A stretch of 64,000 nucleotides of DNA from the human T2T-CHM13v2.0 reference genome, Homo sapiens (GCF_009914755.1 NC_060933.1), one strand, 5' to 3'. Counted from the stretch's first letter, positions 28,834 through 44,290 are shown. The notes: generated by a model from the sequence alone, not told the origin. Made by a program: numbers and translations.

Positions 28834-30111
28834 TACCTCAAATCTCTGATTTCATGGATATCAATGCTTAAGGCAAAGTCAAATTTATGTAAGTATAAAA
28901 AAGTGTGTTGGTCTAAAGAAAGATAGTAAAAGAAAAAGTAAATACGAATGCATATAGTGCATAACATGACAAAAATCCCGAAGTAGTAGGTGAATAAGTG
29001 AAGGCTGGAAACCACTGGTCCATATATGATGGTTGTCAGGACATTTCAGCCACCACATTCTTTTATGATGATGGCACCAGCTAGTGGATGTCTCAGCCTT
29101 CTACCAGGTTGCTGGGTTGGCTGGTTTATGATTTTAAGAGTTTGTAATTTAAGTCAATCTGTATTTTGAAAAATTAATATCCAGAAAACTTTTTTTAACA
29201 TGCTATGTGAAACAAAAATTGAATAAACATTTAATTTTCATTCAAAATTTACTTCTTGGGAGTGAGTACAAGAAAACCTCTTTTTCAACCCTTAAGTATA
29301 TTATTTTTCTCCTTTTAAAGAAAGATCCATCTTGGTCTAGTATAGAATATTCTGCTCAAAACTTTTGGCTTACTCCTGGTACATGATTTAAGTGGCTTAG
29401 TGAACATTTTCTTGTCAAAAATATAGCAAGATGTTTGAAAGCCCAGGAATAACTTTTGACAGCTGCCAAATCTTCTGAATGCAGTGAATTTGTCAAAAGC
29501 ATCTTTCCAGGTAAACTTTAGTTCACCCTGTGAAGCTCAAACAGAACAAGGACAAATGATACAACAAACACAACTATGTTGGCAGAACTCTGTATTAGAA
29601 AATTAGCATTCTGCACTACCAGCCATTACCTTTCCTGGTAATAACTTTTCACCAGATAGCAAAATAATTTAAATACATTCAGGATTTTAGAGGTTCTATT
29701 ATAAGAGTCCCATCATGGATAGTTCTAAAACTTTGGAATCTGAGGACTTTAAGTGCCACTTGTTTTCATCCCTGTGCCTTTGTCAGGGCTGTCTGGAAAT
29801 CACCCAAGAGTTCTGAGAGCTGATAGACCAGTTGTGAGCTCCTTTTCTCAGCAGCATCTTTCAACTGGTATTTTAGTGCTATATATGTCACATCTGAGGA
29901 AGTTGAGTAATTTTTACCTAATGTAGTAAAGCCTTACATTTGAGTTTTGATTTAGTCTACTATTTTGAAATAAAATGGTAGCCTTTAAGTTGTCCAAATA
30001 ATTTCTTATAATATTGAATAACTTTTAGTGAAACTTGGTAGAGAGTGAATATGAGGAAATTTGATTGCTTTGAGAGGAGTTCTTAGTTCACATGATACTA
30101 CTTTACTTTTA

Positions 30112-30489
<378 letters not shown>

Positions 30490-30959
30490 CTAAAAACTTA
30501 GGTCAACTATAGGTGGTATGTGAGGGTAGCAGTGAGATGCCCACAAATAACCTAGAAATGAGGTAGATTAATTAAATATAAATAAATTAGACTAATTACA
30601 TAAAATTAAGTAGGAGGAGTTGGCCCATGGGAGTCTATAGATAAGGTTGCTGAATTAGGTAGAAATAAATTAGTCTACTTTAAATGGAAAGTGTCAGCAC
30701 ATGGGAACAACTCTGACTTGTCATTTAATCAGTGATATTAATATAGTGCCATCAAGAACACATTTATTACAGCACAAAAAGTGGGGTTAAGAGGCACAAA
30801 CTCTGCGATTACGTGAACATCACTGTCTGGGATAAAAACCTACCTGGGGGACATAGGGTAATCATAGACAGGTGCTGTCTCATAAACAGTTCTCACTTTG
30901 ACTCACACAAAATATTCCTCAGTACTATCTACCGACATTATATGCTGTGCCTGTAACTT

Positions 30960-31860
30960 CCTAATTACTTATCTGGCTACCTGGGATACTGGAAATAACC
31001 CATTCCAGCTACATGATGCTGAAATGAAGTTTATTGTAGGATCGTTCATAGCTCACATAATCTCTGGGAGAGTCAGAAGGGTATGCTTAGGTGCTCTGCA
31101 GCCTGTAGCAGACCTCATGATGGGATGGCTCCAGGGACAATCCCATGAATGTCACCCTTGGTCAAAGGTATACTAGTAGAGGTCACCACTGATGCTTGTA
31201 TCAGTCCATCTGCATTACTATAAAGAAATACCTGAGACCAAGTAATTTATAAAGAAAAGAGGTTTATTTTGGCTCATGGTTCTGCACATCGTGCAGGAAG
31301 TGTGATGTTGGTATCTGCTTCTGATGAGGGCTTCAGGAAGCTTACAATCATGGTAGAAGGTGAAGGGCAGCCAGCATGTCACATGGTGACAGAGGAAATA
31401 AGAGAGAGGGGGAGGTGCCAGACTGTTTTAAACAACCAGATCTTGCGCAAATTCATAGAATGAGAAGTTATAATGAAGACAGCACCAAACCATTCATGAG
31501 AGAGCTGCTCCTATGGCCCAGACACCTCCCACTAGGCCTCACCTCTAACATTGGAGATCACATTTAAATATGAGATTTGGAGGAGACACACATCCAAATT
31601 ATATCAGTGTTGGAAAGTACATACCCAATCATTGGCCACTGCTGCTTTAAAATCACCTTCAGTGCCATCCTCTTAAAAAAATCAGATTCTGCACAGTGCT
31701 AGGCCAAAATCTCATGTGGATATATCTCATTGGAAAAATCCAGGTCACATGGCTTTACCCTAGCTTTCAGGGAGTCTGAGAAAGCATCCTCTTCGACTCT
31801 ACCTTGGGAGATGTCACTCATGAAGGGCAAAGTCTCCAAATACAGAGAGGGCAACAAAGG
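30960..31860 (-). mobile_element. Very old MLT1 (L/M/N-like) LTR remnant flanking the MSTB
   Basis: tttattgtaggatc..gctcacataatctctggg; atctcattgg..ccaggtcacatggctttaccctagct..agggagtctgagaaagc. Confidence 0.4.
31197..31606 (-). mobile_element. MSTB-like MaLR LTR
   Basis: tgtatcagtcc..ataaagaaatacctgagac..gcttctgatgagggcttcaggaagctt..atgagatttggagg..catccaaattatatca. Confidence 0.85.
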
Positions 31861-32974
31861 TCCACTGCAGAGAAAGAGCCAGATAGGGGAATTAGTCCTC
31901 TAGTTATGGGAATGCCATGTTTCCCACTGTAAATGGATACACTAACCATTTTGTATGTATTTGACTTCCTTTGGGAATAGTGAGAAATTGCAGTTTCTAG
32001 ACTTGCAAGGCTGTGGAATGAACTTGAGCTGTGATAAACTCATCAACCTAGTGTTATCCTGAGTAAGCCCTCCACTGCTAGCCAACCAGCCAGCTTTCCC
32101 CTGGGGACACCTTGTTTGTTCCATATTGCAATAAAAATGTCTTAGATCTCCTATAAATCAATCCCAAGGCCAAATGGCCTGAAATGCAAAAAGAGAGCTA
32201 TAGGGATAGCTTCATCAATAGAGGCTTTTTTGATAAACGTGAATCTCTACTTCCTGTGTGCTGAGGTTGGAAGTTGGAGCCATAGCAGCTGGGTTGATGA
32301 ATGAGCGAATGTGCTGGGCTGTGTATGGGTGAGAGCTGTCTGCCTTGGGTGGGGGTGATGTCCATAGAGAATTTAAAAACCATAAAACCAACTAAAAGTC
32401 AGTTTGCTTTCTATTATCACTGTGTGTGGGCAATTCTACACCAGGTTGGTGATCAAAGATTTGTACCTAAACAAACTTTTGGTTGGTCTATATTTTTAAA
32501 AATTATCAGAATTACCATTGAAACTTACTAATGTATATATCAGCTTCAAATTAGCATATTTAAATTTTTTATTCTGTAATAAAGGTAGTATTCTACATGG
32601 ACGTTAATTTGGAGCCTTCTTTGTCCCATAGTGGACCTCCAATGCGCATGGACTCAGCTACACATTTTATTTGAGAAAAAATGAAGAATGCCCCAGAGTT
32701 GTTCAAGCTCGCTTTGGGATCACAACATGTCTCCAATCCCTGTGACACTGCATATTTCCATGTTTAAACCGTAGGTAGATTTGAAGTAAACAATGACATT
32801 CCAGTGACTATAAAGACAAAAACCCAGAATGTGAGTTATTTTAATTCTGTCCTGCTATGTGACTACTTAGAGTTGTTATTTGTTTCTGAAGCTTCAAAGA
32901 GTAAATCCAAGGCATAACATTTTTGTTTGGTAAGTGCAAATATTAGTTCATAAATGAAATAGGTTACTACATTT

Positions 32975-33282
32975 AATTTTTTTTTATTTTTTATTTTTTT
33001 GAGGCAGAGTTTCGTTCTTTTTGCCCAGGCTAGAGTGCAATGGTGCAGTCTTGGCTCACTGCAACCTCTGCTCCCAGGTTCAAGCGATTCTCCTGCTTCA
33101 GCCTCCCAAGTAGCTGGGATTACAGGCACCCGCCATGACACCCGGCTAATTTTTGTATTTTTAGTAGAGACGGGGTTTCACCATGTTGTCCAGGCTGGTC
33201 TGGAACTCATGACCTTAGGTTATCTGCCCTCCTCGACCTCCCAAAGTGCTGGGATTACAGGCCTGAGCCACCACGCCCGGCC
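32975..33282 (-). mobile_element. AluSq-like
   Basis: gagtttcgttctttttgcccaggctagagtgcaatgg; TSD aggttac(t/c)acattt (32961-32974, 33283-33296). Confidence 0.93.
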
Positions 33283-33344
33283 AGGTTACCACATTTTAAA
33301 TAATATATTTAAAATAGAAATTTCTTCTTTTTAAATTAATTGTT

Positions 33345-33468
33345 TTGCTTTTTATTTTTATTTTTTTTTAATTTCAACTTCTATTTTAGATATGGGAGGT
33401 ACATATACAGATGTGTAACATGGGAATATTGTGTGATGCTGAGGTTTGGAGTATGGATCTTGTCACTC
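33345..33468 (-). mobile_element. Short L1 3' end (L1PA15/16-like)
   Basis: ttcaacttctattttagatatgggaggtacat..acatgggaatattgtgtgatgctgaggtttggagta. Confidence 0.7.
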
Positions 33469-33470
33469 TC

Positions 33471-33766
<296 letters not shown>

Positions 33767-34299
33767 TGATTATTTTAAAACTAAAGAACAAACATCAAAA
33801 ATAACGATTATCACTCATAGAACATTATTATAATTGAAAGTAATTTTGTTCTATGGAGAAGGAGGTGTTAGAAAATGATCTGCTCCAAGTTTCAAATATA
33901 CTAGGTCCTCTATAAGGGGTTTCTCAAGGTCCCTGAGGACTTGGAATAATACTGCTGATAGTTAACCCTATTCTCGCCATGGCAAAGTGACTAACATGAG
34001 TTCGACACTGGCCCTGTGGCATTCTTTCTAGCATTTTTTTTTGACAAATATTATGCCTAAAACAAATAAAAAATATAAATAACAGCAAATCATTGCTTCC
34101 ATGTTATGGCAAAGAACATAAAATTAATAATAGTAATGCTAACAAAGTATTGGATGGAAGAAGTTACTCTTTATTTGGACCTTGGTCTGTCACCATCACC
34201 TCTAGGTTCCCATTTGAATTAATAGTTCTCCCCAGAAGGGAGCCAAATCTGTGGTAGGGGCTGGATCACAACATCCCACTGTCCCATCCTCCTGTAGGG

Positions 34300-34425
34300 T
34301 AGATCCTGGTGTCCTATTTAGCAGATGAAGAAACCCAGGAGTGGAGAGATTAAACCATTTGTCTGATGTCACACAATTAGTTAAGTGAAAGGAGCTGGGA
34401 TTTCCGGTTTCAAAGCCAGGTTTTC
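34300..34425 (-). mobile_element. MIR remnant
   Basis: cctatttagcagatgaagaaac..agagattaaaccatttgtctgatgtcacacaattagttaagtg..gagctgggattt. Confidence 0.7.
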
Positions 34426-35142
34426 CCTTCTCTGTTGTGCAACCCCTGAAGTGCAGAAATTGATCACCTCAAAATGTCCAAAGAACACTTACAGTGCTCT
34501 GAGGTCTTAGCCTCATGGCTAGTCTTCTTCACCCCCATACTTTGTTGCTGTCAGAACGAAAGCATGCTTCCAGTGGCAGCCATGGGCTGTGGTGAAGTAG
34601 AAGAATAAGGGCTGCTGACATCGTGAGCACCTTCCCTTGCCCGGGCCCCACGCCGCGGCTGTCTCTGCACCTCCTCTTTGGGCCTTCACTCTGTTAGCTT
34701 CGTAAAGGAGGAAACTGAGGCTCAATGAGGAGAATCACCTCTAAGCCTGGAATCCAGGTTGTCTAGTTGCAGAGCAGATGCTCCTACCTGCTGCCTTTCT
34801 AAGATCCTCCAGCGTGTCTTGCTGCTACGTGTCTCTGTTCCTAGCCTTGATGGAAAAGTTTAGATTTTCTCTGCTTTTAGGTTTCAGTTTTAGGACTTCT
34901 ATACCATTTATTGCTCTAAGGACCCGGCAGCTGTCACAGTCTCAACTTCTGCTGAGTTTTGGGATGTTCCAGTTACTTGCAAAATCAAAAACCCAGGCTT
35001 GGTGAAAAGAGGAAGGGGAAAGGTGAGGGGTGGAATGAAGGAAAAGAGGAAATCCTAGTGGGGTCTCCCCCCTCCCTCCTTTCCAAATCTGATGTAAGCA
35101 TGGCTGGGCTTCTGCTAGCTGCCATTGAAATAATTTGCTTTT

Positions 35143-35451
35143 TTGTTGTTGTTGTTTTGCTTTGTTTCTGAGATGGAGTCTCGCTCTGTCACCTGGGCTA
35201 GAGTACAGTGGTGCGATCTTAGCTCAGTGCAACCTCCGCCTCCCAGGTTCAAGTGATTCTCTTGCCTCAGCCTCCTGAGTAGCTGGGATTACAGGCATGC
35301 GCCACCACGCCCAGTTAATTTTTGTAGTTTTAGTAGAGATAGGGTTTCACCATGTTGGTCAGGCTGGTCTTAAACTCCTAACCTCAAGTGATCTGCCTGC
35401 TTTGGCCTCCCAAAGTGCTGGGATTACAGGTGTGAGCCACTGTGCCCGGCC
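35143..35451 (-). mobile_element. AluS (Sz/Sx-like)
   Basis: (TTG) tail; TSD aataatttgctttt (35129-35142, 35452-35465). Confidence 0.95.
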
Positions 35452-35477
35452 AATAATTTGCTTTTTACATTTCCACC

Positions 35478-35755
35478 TATTTATTTAATTTTTTGGATAG
35501 GCAGCATGTTCACATGGTTCAAATATCAAAATGTGTAACAGATACCCAAGGAAGAATCTTGGTTCCAACTTTGCCCCCTCCCACCCCAAATTGCCTTGTA
35601 CCTCACCCAGGGGCAATCACTGTTGCAGTTACTTGTGTTTACTTCCAGTTTGGTTGCATGGGTATCCATGAAAATATAAGCAAATACTATATATGTTTAT
35701 GCCCACCTCTTTTACAAAATGTGGTAGCACTTTCTACATGCTATCCTGCAATGTT
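35478..35755 (-). mobile_element. Ancient L1 3' end (L1ME4-like)
   Basis: ttcacatggttcaaatatcaaaa, ggggcaatcactgtt..ttgtgtttacttccag, tataagcaaata, ttttacaaaat..ggtagcac. Confidence 0.6.
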
Positions 35756-35909
35756 AATTTAATTAGCTTTTCCGCGGAGGATGAGAGGGAGAGGAGATGA
35801 AGAATGTATGACAGCTATCCAGGGAATTTGCATAATTGCTCAGTGAATTAGCAGAATGGAGAATTTGGGGAATGTTCACTAGTTCAGACGAGTAAGAATG
35901 TATTGGACT

Positions 35910-35995
35910 TCTTTCTTCTTCATTTCTTTTATTTCCCTTTTCTCTTTCTTTCTCTTTCCCTTGCTTTCTTCCTCTCTCCCTTTCTTTCTTTCTTT
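35910..35995. repeat. TC-rich polypyrimidine low-complexity tract
   Basis: About 85 nt nearly all T/C. Confidence 0.8.
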
Positions 35996-37467
35996 ATGTT
36001 GAAGTGGGTTACTTCTCCAGGTATTTGCTACTATCTTGACCTGCCTGAACATCGTCGACCTTGATCTTTGTGGCTGAGACACACAGCTCCCCACTGAGCA
36101 AGCCCCCTAAGTTGGTCTTACTGCACAGCCTTCCTTAAGCCAAACAGAGATGGGTTTCCACTGGCAGATCGTCTCTAGCCAAAATGCGCAGATATGTTTC
36201 TCTCGGCTTTAGTGAGAGACTCAAAGTTTATCTCTTGGAATTCATCTGCCTATCGAGTGTAATTGTGCTTGGGTAAATACTCAGCAAATAATCAAATGAT
36301 TTCTGCTTCACTACTCCTGGGAATGCAAACCTTTGTGGTGCCAGTTCAGAAGAGTCCTTTGAACTGCTCTTGCCAAAACATCATGTGGGGATTCTTCTGC
36401 CAGGGCCAGCATTGTCAGATGCTGCCAATTCTTGCTCAATATTTTAACAAACATGTTGACTGGAAATCAACTGGTTAGTTGGAGGAGCTAAATCAATGTA
36501 GGAATATGGTCAATGTTGCAAAGCGAGGAATGGGACGGGAATGCTCTTCCTCATCCCTTAAACAGAGACAATTCCCTTCTCTCTGCCCTGCAGACTGGTT
36601 AAATCTAATCACCAAACGTGCCAGATGCCTGACCCTGGGGAGGCATTGGAGATAAATCTGCACTTAGTCTCTCCAGCAATTTAAAAATACTTTTGCAATA
36701 ATCTGAACGAATTCCTTGAGGGAGATAACTTTTACATAGTGGATCTTTATTTTTCCTCTTATGGCCAGAGTCTCTCGTAGGCCCTGAAAAGCATCATTAA
36801 CCTTTTAGGCAGTGAAATCCATTAAGCCTTAAAGTAAGTTGTTGGATACCAGTGTTTCTTCCCTACCTGGAGCCGCTCTTATGTCCTGGGTGATTTCCAG
36901 CTGCAGGTGGTTATGAACGGAAAGGTTCAGGGGCCTTTGGCTTTCAGTGTATTATTCAGGAATTTTTCCTTTTCCCAAAAACATATATTTTGAGAAATAA
37001 CTTGATGTAGTGGGCTTCCACAGGATGTGGTCTCCCTCACTCTGGACCTGCAGGGAGCTGGGGGAGACTGTAGTTAGTAGCGCAGTTGGTGACGGTAAGA
37101 CAAATGGTTAACGTCTTGGATTTCCTCTGCAGCCCCTACGAAAGATGTGTGGGTCAGCCCTGTAATTCACCCAGGGGTGATCTGTCACGGCGTTAGATGG
37201 GTTTCAGGCTGCACTGTTTAGACAAAGAAAAAGAAGCAGATCCTGTCCTGGATAAAGGCGGATGTGAATGATCATATTTATGGTGGGTTCTGTGTCCCTG
37301 TGTGCACATGAGGACTCTCAGGTTGTTAGGCCTCCTTCCATTCATTCCGGAGTATGTGAGGCTGCTTTAGTTTTGCCCCACAGAGAGGGAGAAAGGGGCT
37401 TCTCTGGTGAGGTCAGGCATTAGGTCTGGGGTGGGGGTAGAGAAGTTGTGTCTTCCTCTTTTCCTGA

Positions 37468-37963
<496 letters not shown>

Positions 37964-38333
37964 ACTTCCTGGAATTCTTTCCACCATCACTGCCTCCTTT
38001 CTGTCCTCCATGGTTTCTGGTGTCTTTGTGTCCTCAGACCATGCAGGGCCCCCATTTTTCTGACTATTTAAGGTTAGATGCAGACCAGTCCTCAGTCCTC
38101 ACTTCTTCACCCTTCTTCACGACTTCTGGTGCTTTCCTGGATTTAGTTGCTTAAATCCATGCTGTGCGAAGGTCTTGATTACAGATGGCCTCTTGCTGAT
38201 TTCGAATATCCATTTCAGCCTGACTTATATTTTGGAGCTGCTGCAGGAGCCGGGGTTCCTGCTGTCATGGCAAAGTCACCTTGAGCTTCCTGGTTTAATC
38301 TCTGGAAGGCTGTCTTTTGTTGTGGGTGGTTCA

Positions 38334-38335
<2 letters not shown>

Positions 38336-38384
<49 letters not shown>
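38336..38384. repeat. Perfect (TG)n microsatellite, about 24 units
   Basis: Uninterrupted TG run. Confidence 0.97.
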
Positions 38385-38386
<2 letters not shown>

Positions 38387-38394
38387 CATGAGGC

Positions 38395-38620
38395 TGGGAG
38401 GGCAGCATGCATGGCTTTGGAGTTGGAAAGACAAGAATTTAAATGCTGGCTCTCTCACTTTCTAGGAGTGGACCTGGGGCCGTTTCAGTATCTCAGGACT
38501 TGTGTGTGTGCAGTGGGGACAATAATACCTCTCTTTCCTGGGCTCCTGGAGCCTGGATTAGATAAAAGAGTGTTCACACACCACGTGGCACAGAGTAGAC
38601 ACGCAATTATGTTAACTTCT
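38395..38620 (+). mobile_element. MIR
   Basis: atggctttggagttgga..tttaaatgctggctct..ggggacaataatacct..gtggcacagagtagacacgcaattatgtta. Confidence 0.65.
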
Positions 38621-39271
38621 TTCTCCTTCCCTTTCTCTTTACCCATCTTTTTTCCCTTTTGTTACCACATTTTCATCTGCCTTTCCCATAGTCAGGACTT
38701 TACACCTGGATTGGAGTTCAGCTTCTTCGGCCTTTAGACTGCAATGCTGTTTCCCACGCCCATAGCTGTGACCCATACTGCCACTATGTATACGAGTTAC
38801 TGTGTAACCTGAGCAAGTGTTAGGAATTAGTACATATATTAAAGTGTCTCCCGTAGACATTTTGCTTTAGGCAGTGATGGAGAACCCATTTGTCTCCAGG
38901 CAGATGTTGCTATTGGGCAGTCTAAAGAAAGGCTTGGCTGTGAACACAAGTAGGGATAGGCTGGCAAACACCATAGTTTACTTGTTTGGATTGGACAGGA
39001 TATACACTGTCCTTTGTGGCTGCCTCCAATGAGGTCCTGGAAAGCACAAAGGAATTTCAGGCCTTGTAGCCAATCATGGCTTAGGATGCAGGGGTTGCAG
39101 ATGCATCTATCTGACCACCTTCCTGTGGTTTCTCTCCAGCCTGGCTCTTTGGGGCTGAGAACTGCTGCCTCCACTGGAGGGGATTTGTGTGGAGACTGAC
39201 ATGTGGATGCTTGGGCAAAACCAGGCCTTAGGCATAGTTGAAATTTTAGACCATGTATAACTTTAGACTCT

Positions 39272-39499
39272 AAAGCGTATGTTCTCAATGGGAGCAATGT
39301 CACCCCCAAGAGGATGAAATTGGTTCTCAGAGAGCAAAATCTTTTAAATAATTTTTTTGATATAAATCAAAGGTATGTGTACAACACATGGATATACAGT
39401 ATATCTGTAATGGTAAAATTTGAGGGTATTTAGGGATAAAAATGTCTAAAAAGCCTCCTAAGGGAAAAATAATGAAAAAAAAAAGATGGAGAAACGTTC
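39272..39499. mobile_element. MER112-like hAT-Charlie element
   Basis: gttctcaatggg..tcacccccaagagg..aaattggttctc, gatatacagtatatctgt, aaaatgtctaaaaagcctcctaaggg..ataatgaaaaaa..gagaaac. Confidence 0.75.
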
Positions 39500-39507
39500 G
39501 TCTTGGG

Positions 39508-39664
39508 CAGTGGTTCTCAGTGTTGGTTACACACTAGAATTATTGAAAGAGTTTTAAAAATGTTGATGCCTAGGCTGTACTCCAGACCAATTAGATCACA
39601 ATCTCTTGGATTGGTTTCAGCCACTAGTATTTTTTTTAATTTCTTTCCCTCTTTCCTTCCTTCC

Positions 39665-39695
<31 letters not shown>

Positions 39696-40005
39696 TTTTC
39701 TCGAGACAGGGTCTCCCAACGTTATGCAGGTCTTAAACTCCTGAGCTCAAGGGATCCTCCTGCCTGGGCCTCCCAAAGTGCTAGGATTACAGGTGTGAGC
39801 CACCACACCTGGCCCAGCTACTAGTATTTTTAATGCTCCAGATAATACCATTGTGCAGCCAAGTCTAGTAATTCCTATTCTAGAGCCTTGGTACTCAGAG
39901 TGTGATCCATGGGTCAGTATCGTTATCATCTCCAGGGAGTTTACTAGAAATGCAGAATCTCAGACTCTTAGGTGATTCCTGCACCTATTAAAGTTTGACA
40001 AGCAC
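39508..40005. mobile_element. MER5-family hAT relics (MER5B/MER5A), interrupted by a FLAM
   Basis: cagtggttctc..actagaat..ccagaccaattagatcacaatctct; gctccagataatacc..tgcagccaag; tagaaatgcagaatctcag..aggtgattc..aaagtttgacaagcact. Confidence 0.65.
39640..39818 (-). mobile_element. FLAM_C-like monomer with (TTCC)/(TC) tail
   Basis: gagacagggtctc..aactcctgagctcaagggatcctcctgcc..cccaaagtgctaggattacagg; flanks share actagtattttt. Confidence 0.8.
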
Positions 40006-40469
40006 TTAGATAAATACTTATTGCTACCAAAATCTCAGAGCACTTCAGTGCAGCTGTGTTAATCAAATGTCAACATGTTTCTAGCTGTTTGTTTCCGGAC
40101 CTCACTGTTGGCCTTTGGAATGAACAACCTGGTGTAATGGGAGTGGCCCTAGGCTATATTTGTGTTCTGACCTGTTGGGAAGCCCTGCCATCTCGGAAAC
40201 TGAACAGACAGCTCATTCCCAGGAAGGGGACCAATGTAAGCAAAGATGGCCAAGTCTAGTCAGCTGGAACTAAGTAAGGGAGGATTCTCACTGTTAAACC
40301 AATTACTTTAGAGTTGGTAGTTCTTCAGTAAGAGGCTGGTGCATGGATGCATGGAGAGTGATGTTTGGGGCAGGACTAGCTTGGCAAGGCTACAGGATGG
40401 ATGAGAACTGAGAAAGAATGGGAAGTTGGAAAATTGCTTGTATCTTGTGAGGTCTATGTACGGTCTGCA

Positions 40470-40600
40470 GTTCATTCATTTGTTCATTCATGTATTCATT
40501 CAACAAATATTTATTGAGTGGTCACTATTTGGATTTGATGTGGAGTAATTGTTATGGAAAAAAGAAGGATAAATGTGACAGACCTTGAAGGGAGAGCTTT
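40470..40600 (-). mobile_element. L2 3' end
   Basis: ttcattcatt..cattcaacaaatatttattgagtg. Confidence 0.7.
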
Positions 40601-40635
40601 GGAAATAATGATCCAAAGAAATATGCTAGGAGTAA

Positions 40636-41650
<1,015 letters not shown>

Positions 41651-42764
41651 AATCAGCTAGCTTTAATCAACTTAAAAATACTGGCTTATCTATCAAAATC
41701 TGAAGATACAAAATCTTTTTAAAATCTAAGGCTTACAAAATAGTTTTGTAAACAAATGACTTTGAAAATAAGTGGAGTTTCATGTCATCCGTGCTAATTT
41801 ACAAGGAAAACATCATTTCTGGAGTATTTTGCACCTCTCGTTTTAGATGGACATAGGTTTTGGATTAGCATCTTGCAATTTTCCTTTGTTCATTGTCACA
41901 AACTATTTCTTGATGGTTTATGAAACGTTATTAGAGGGGTATAAAACTGGTGAGTCCATCACTATTCAGGCTGACTTAGGTTGTGAGCTGATATATTACC
42001 AAGGTACTCCTTGGGGTTTCTGCATCTACCTGACTACTTCATGGATAATTACTCTTAATTGTGGTTTCATAATTTAGCCAATTTATGGTTACTGGGATAA
42101 AGCATTTGAAGCTATTATGTAGCTAATGGTGTAGACATTTTCATATCTTTGTCTTTAGAGTGATAAATGTAAAAGGTGCCTAACTCTTCCACCAACATTA
42201 ACTTCTCACACTTAAAATATTGAATTAAACAATTTAGTGTCCTTGACAGTGTAATAGATTTTGTTTAATAGGTAATGTCTAAACCTGGACCTAGTTCACC
42301 TCATTTTAGTGAATGTAATTTTTCCCACAAGGAGTGTTCAGTGTAAATCTATCAGACACGTGTGGAGCTATGTGACCTGGTAACAACCCCTCTGGAGGTA
42401 ACATAAGAATCACTTCTATTCCCATTACCACACAATTGGTAAGGGTGACCTGGAATGATAAGAGTAATGTGAAATAAAGCAGAGGTATTTCAGTCATATG
42501 TTCCCTTATTTTCAAAAAAAGCATGCCTATTCCACATTCACAAAGAAACAGTTTATTTTGTAGTATTATATATTTACAGGGTTTCATTAACATTTCCTAA
42601 ATGTTCTTCCTAGCACTGTTATGAGATTGGTCAGATTTTCCCCCTTAGTCTTTTCAAACCACACACAGAAAGCACAGAGAGATCAGACAAAGAGGAGCTT
42701 GGTTGACATCTCCTGAACAGAATGTTCTTCTATGCTGGGTTTTCCCTTACGAGCATCGAGCCAC

Positions 42765-43062
42765 CACTCTGTGGTCAGATCACCCTGGGTTTTGACACCA
42801 GCTCTACATTCACTAGCTATTTGCTTCAATCATTTGTTTGCTCATCCAATATGCACTTATTTGAGTACCATGTTTCAGAAATGGTGACGTAGATACACAA
42901 TACTTATTGACCTTGTGGAGTCTACAGTTGCCTTTAATGGATGTCACCAAATGGATGAAACCTTTATTCGTTATCTGTAAAATGGGACAATAACACCAAA
43001 CTCCTGGGATGGAGGTGAGGAATAAACAAGCCAGCAGGTGCTCAATAACGATAGTTATTTCC
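42765..43062 (+). mobile_element. MIR with an embedded antisense L2-like piece
   Basis: gtcagatcaccctgggtttt..ccagctct..actagct and atctgtaaaatgggacaataacacc..aggtgctcaataacgatagttatt flank an L2-like end (about 42825-42930). Confidence 0.55.
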
Positions 43063-43479
43063 AAATGTTTATCAGGAACCACTTAACACCATATGGATAA
43101 ATGTTGCTCCTATTACAGGATTCAATGGCCCTTTCTACTTCTTGACTACAAGAAAAGGCAGTGGTAGTATAGGAAATAAGAAGTTAAAGGTGTTTTCTGG
43201 GCCCTCAAAAGTAAACACACTTTATCATTTTATGTTCTGTAAACCTTCCCAGAACATCTAGGGAACACTGTTCATAGAAAAGCCACTGCACAAAGCCTTG
43301 CTGATGAAGAATTTCATCTTTTCAACAGTGACTATGCTAAGGACTCAAAAAAAGCCCTGAATTTGTAGACAGATTCACTCCCTGAGGGCTCAATGAACTA
43401 AAAGCAATATAGCATGCCTGAGGTGACCGTTTGGTCCATAATTTTATTCAGAGTGGTGACATTGCCAGGTGACAAGAAT

Positions 43480-44135
43480 GCCAAGTATGTTGAGCAAGCA
43501 TCAAGAGATGAGGTTGGAAAGGTGGGTAGGGTGGGCCATGGAAGGCCTTGAATGACCACCATGACCACCACTGGAGAGTGGTGAACAAGGAATGACATGA
43601 TTTGATTTGTGCTTTAGAAATATCTCTTTTAGATGTAGTATGGGGAAGGGCATGGGGGGTGCAGAGGTAGGTCAACAACAGTGGAGATAGATAACACACA
43701 AGGAGGAAACTGCAGCAACTCAGGTGAGCAATAATGGATCATGTGGGAGCAGAGAGAGGTAGATATTAGAGGTGCAATGAAGTGTAAAACTTGGATTTGG
43801 TGGTTGATTCTATGTGGGGCTAGGAGAGAGAATACACTCTCTGGTGACTTCCAGGTCTCTCTCTTTAGTGAACAGGTAGATAACAGATTGGATTCTATTA
43901 AGTGGAAGATTAAGTAAAGTAGAGTAGGTTTTGAGGGAAAGATGATAAGCTAAGTGTGATGCACATCTGGGATCTTGGGCAGGCTGTTGATGGGTGTGTG
44001 CGTGGGAGAGAGTAGATGAGGCCTTTGAGATTGGGGTGTCAAAAAAGAAACACAGACCAAATAAAGACCTCGGGGGTCTCGGGGAGAAATAGCAAAAAGA
44101 GAACACTAGGGAAGAACAAATTTAAGGGATGGAAA
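43480..44135 (-). mobile_element. L2 remnant
   Basis: gatgaggttggaaaggtgggtagg..ccatggaaggccttgaatg, gaatgacatgatttgatttgtgctttagaaa, gtgacttccaggtctct, gagtaggttttgaggg. Confidence 0.65.
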
Positions 44136-44290
44136 AAGTAGGTGGAGGCAAAGGGGGAACCCATGAGGTCTGTTCCTCCTTCACTGTCCTCAGTCTTGGT
44201 AAACGGTACCCAGAAATCTAGGGGTCATCTTTAACTTCACCTTTTCTCACATTCCGTCAAAACCAAGTATTGTGAGTTCTACCTCCTTAA

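Larger units (their letters stand above)
27620..29017. mobile_element. hAT-Charlie relic (MER113-like), split by nested LTRs
   Basis: Left end caatattccctgaagtatg..tactactgctagta; right part gatttcatggatatcaatgctta..aaaaatcccgaagtagtag..gaaggctggaaaccactg. Confidence 0.5.

Noticed and set aside
38839-39309. 156-aa - strand ORF
   Set aside because: No recognisable domain or splice context; starts within a MER112 relic
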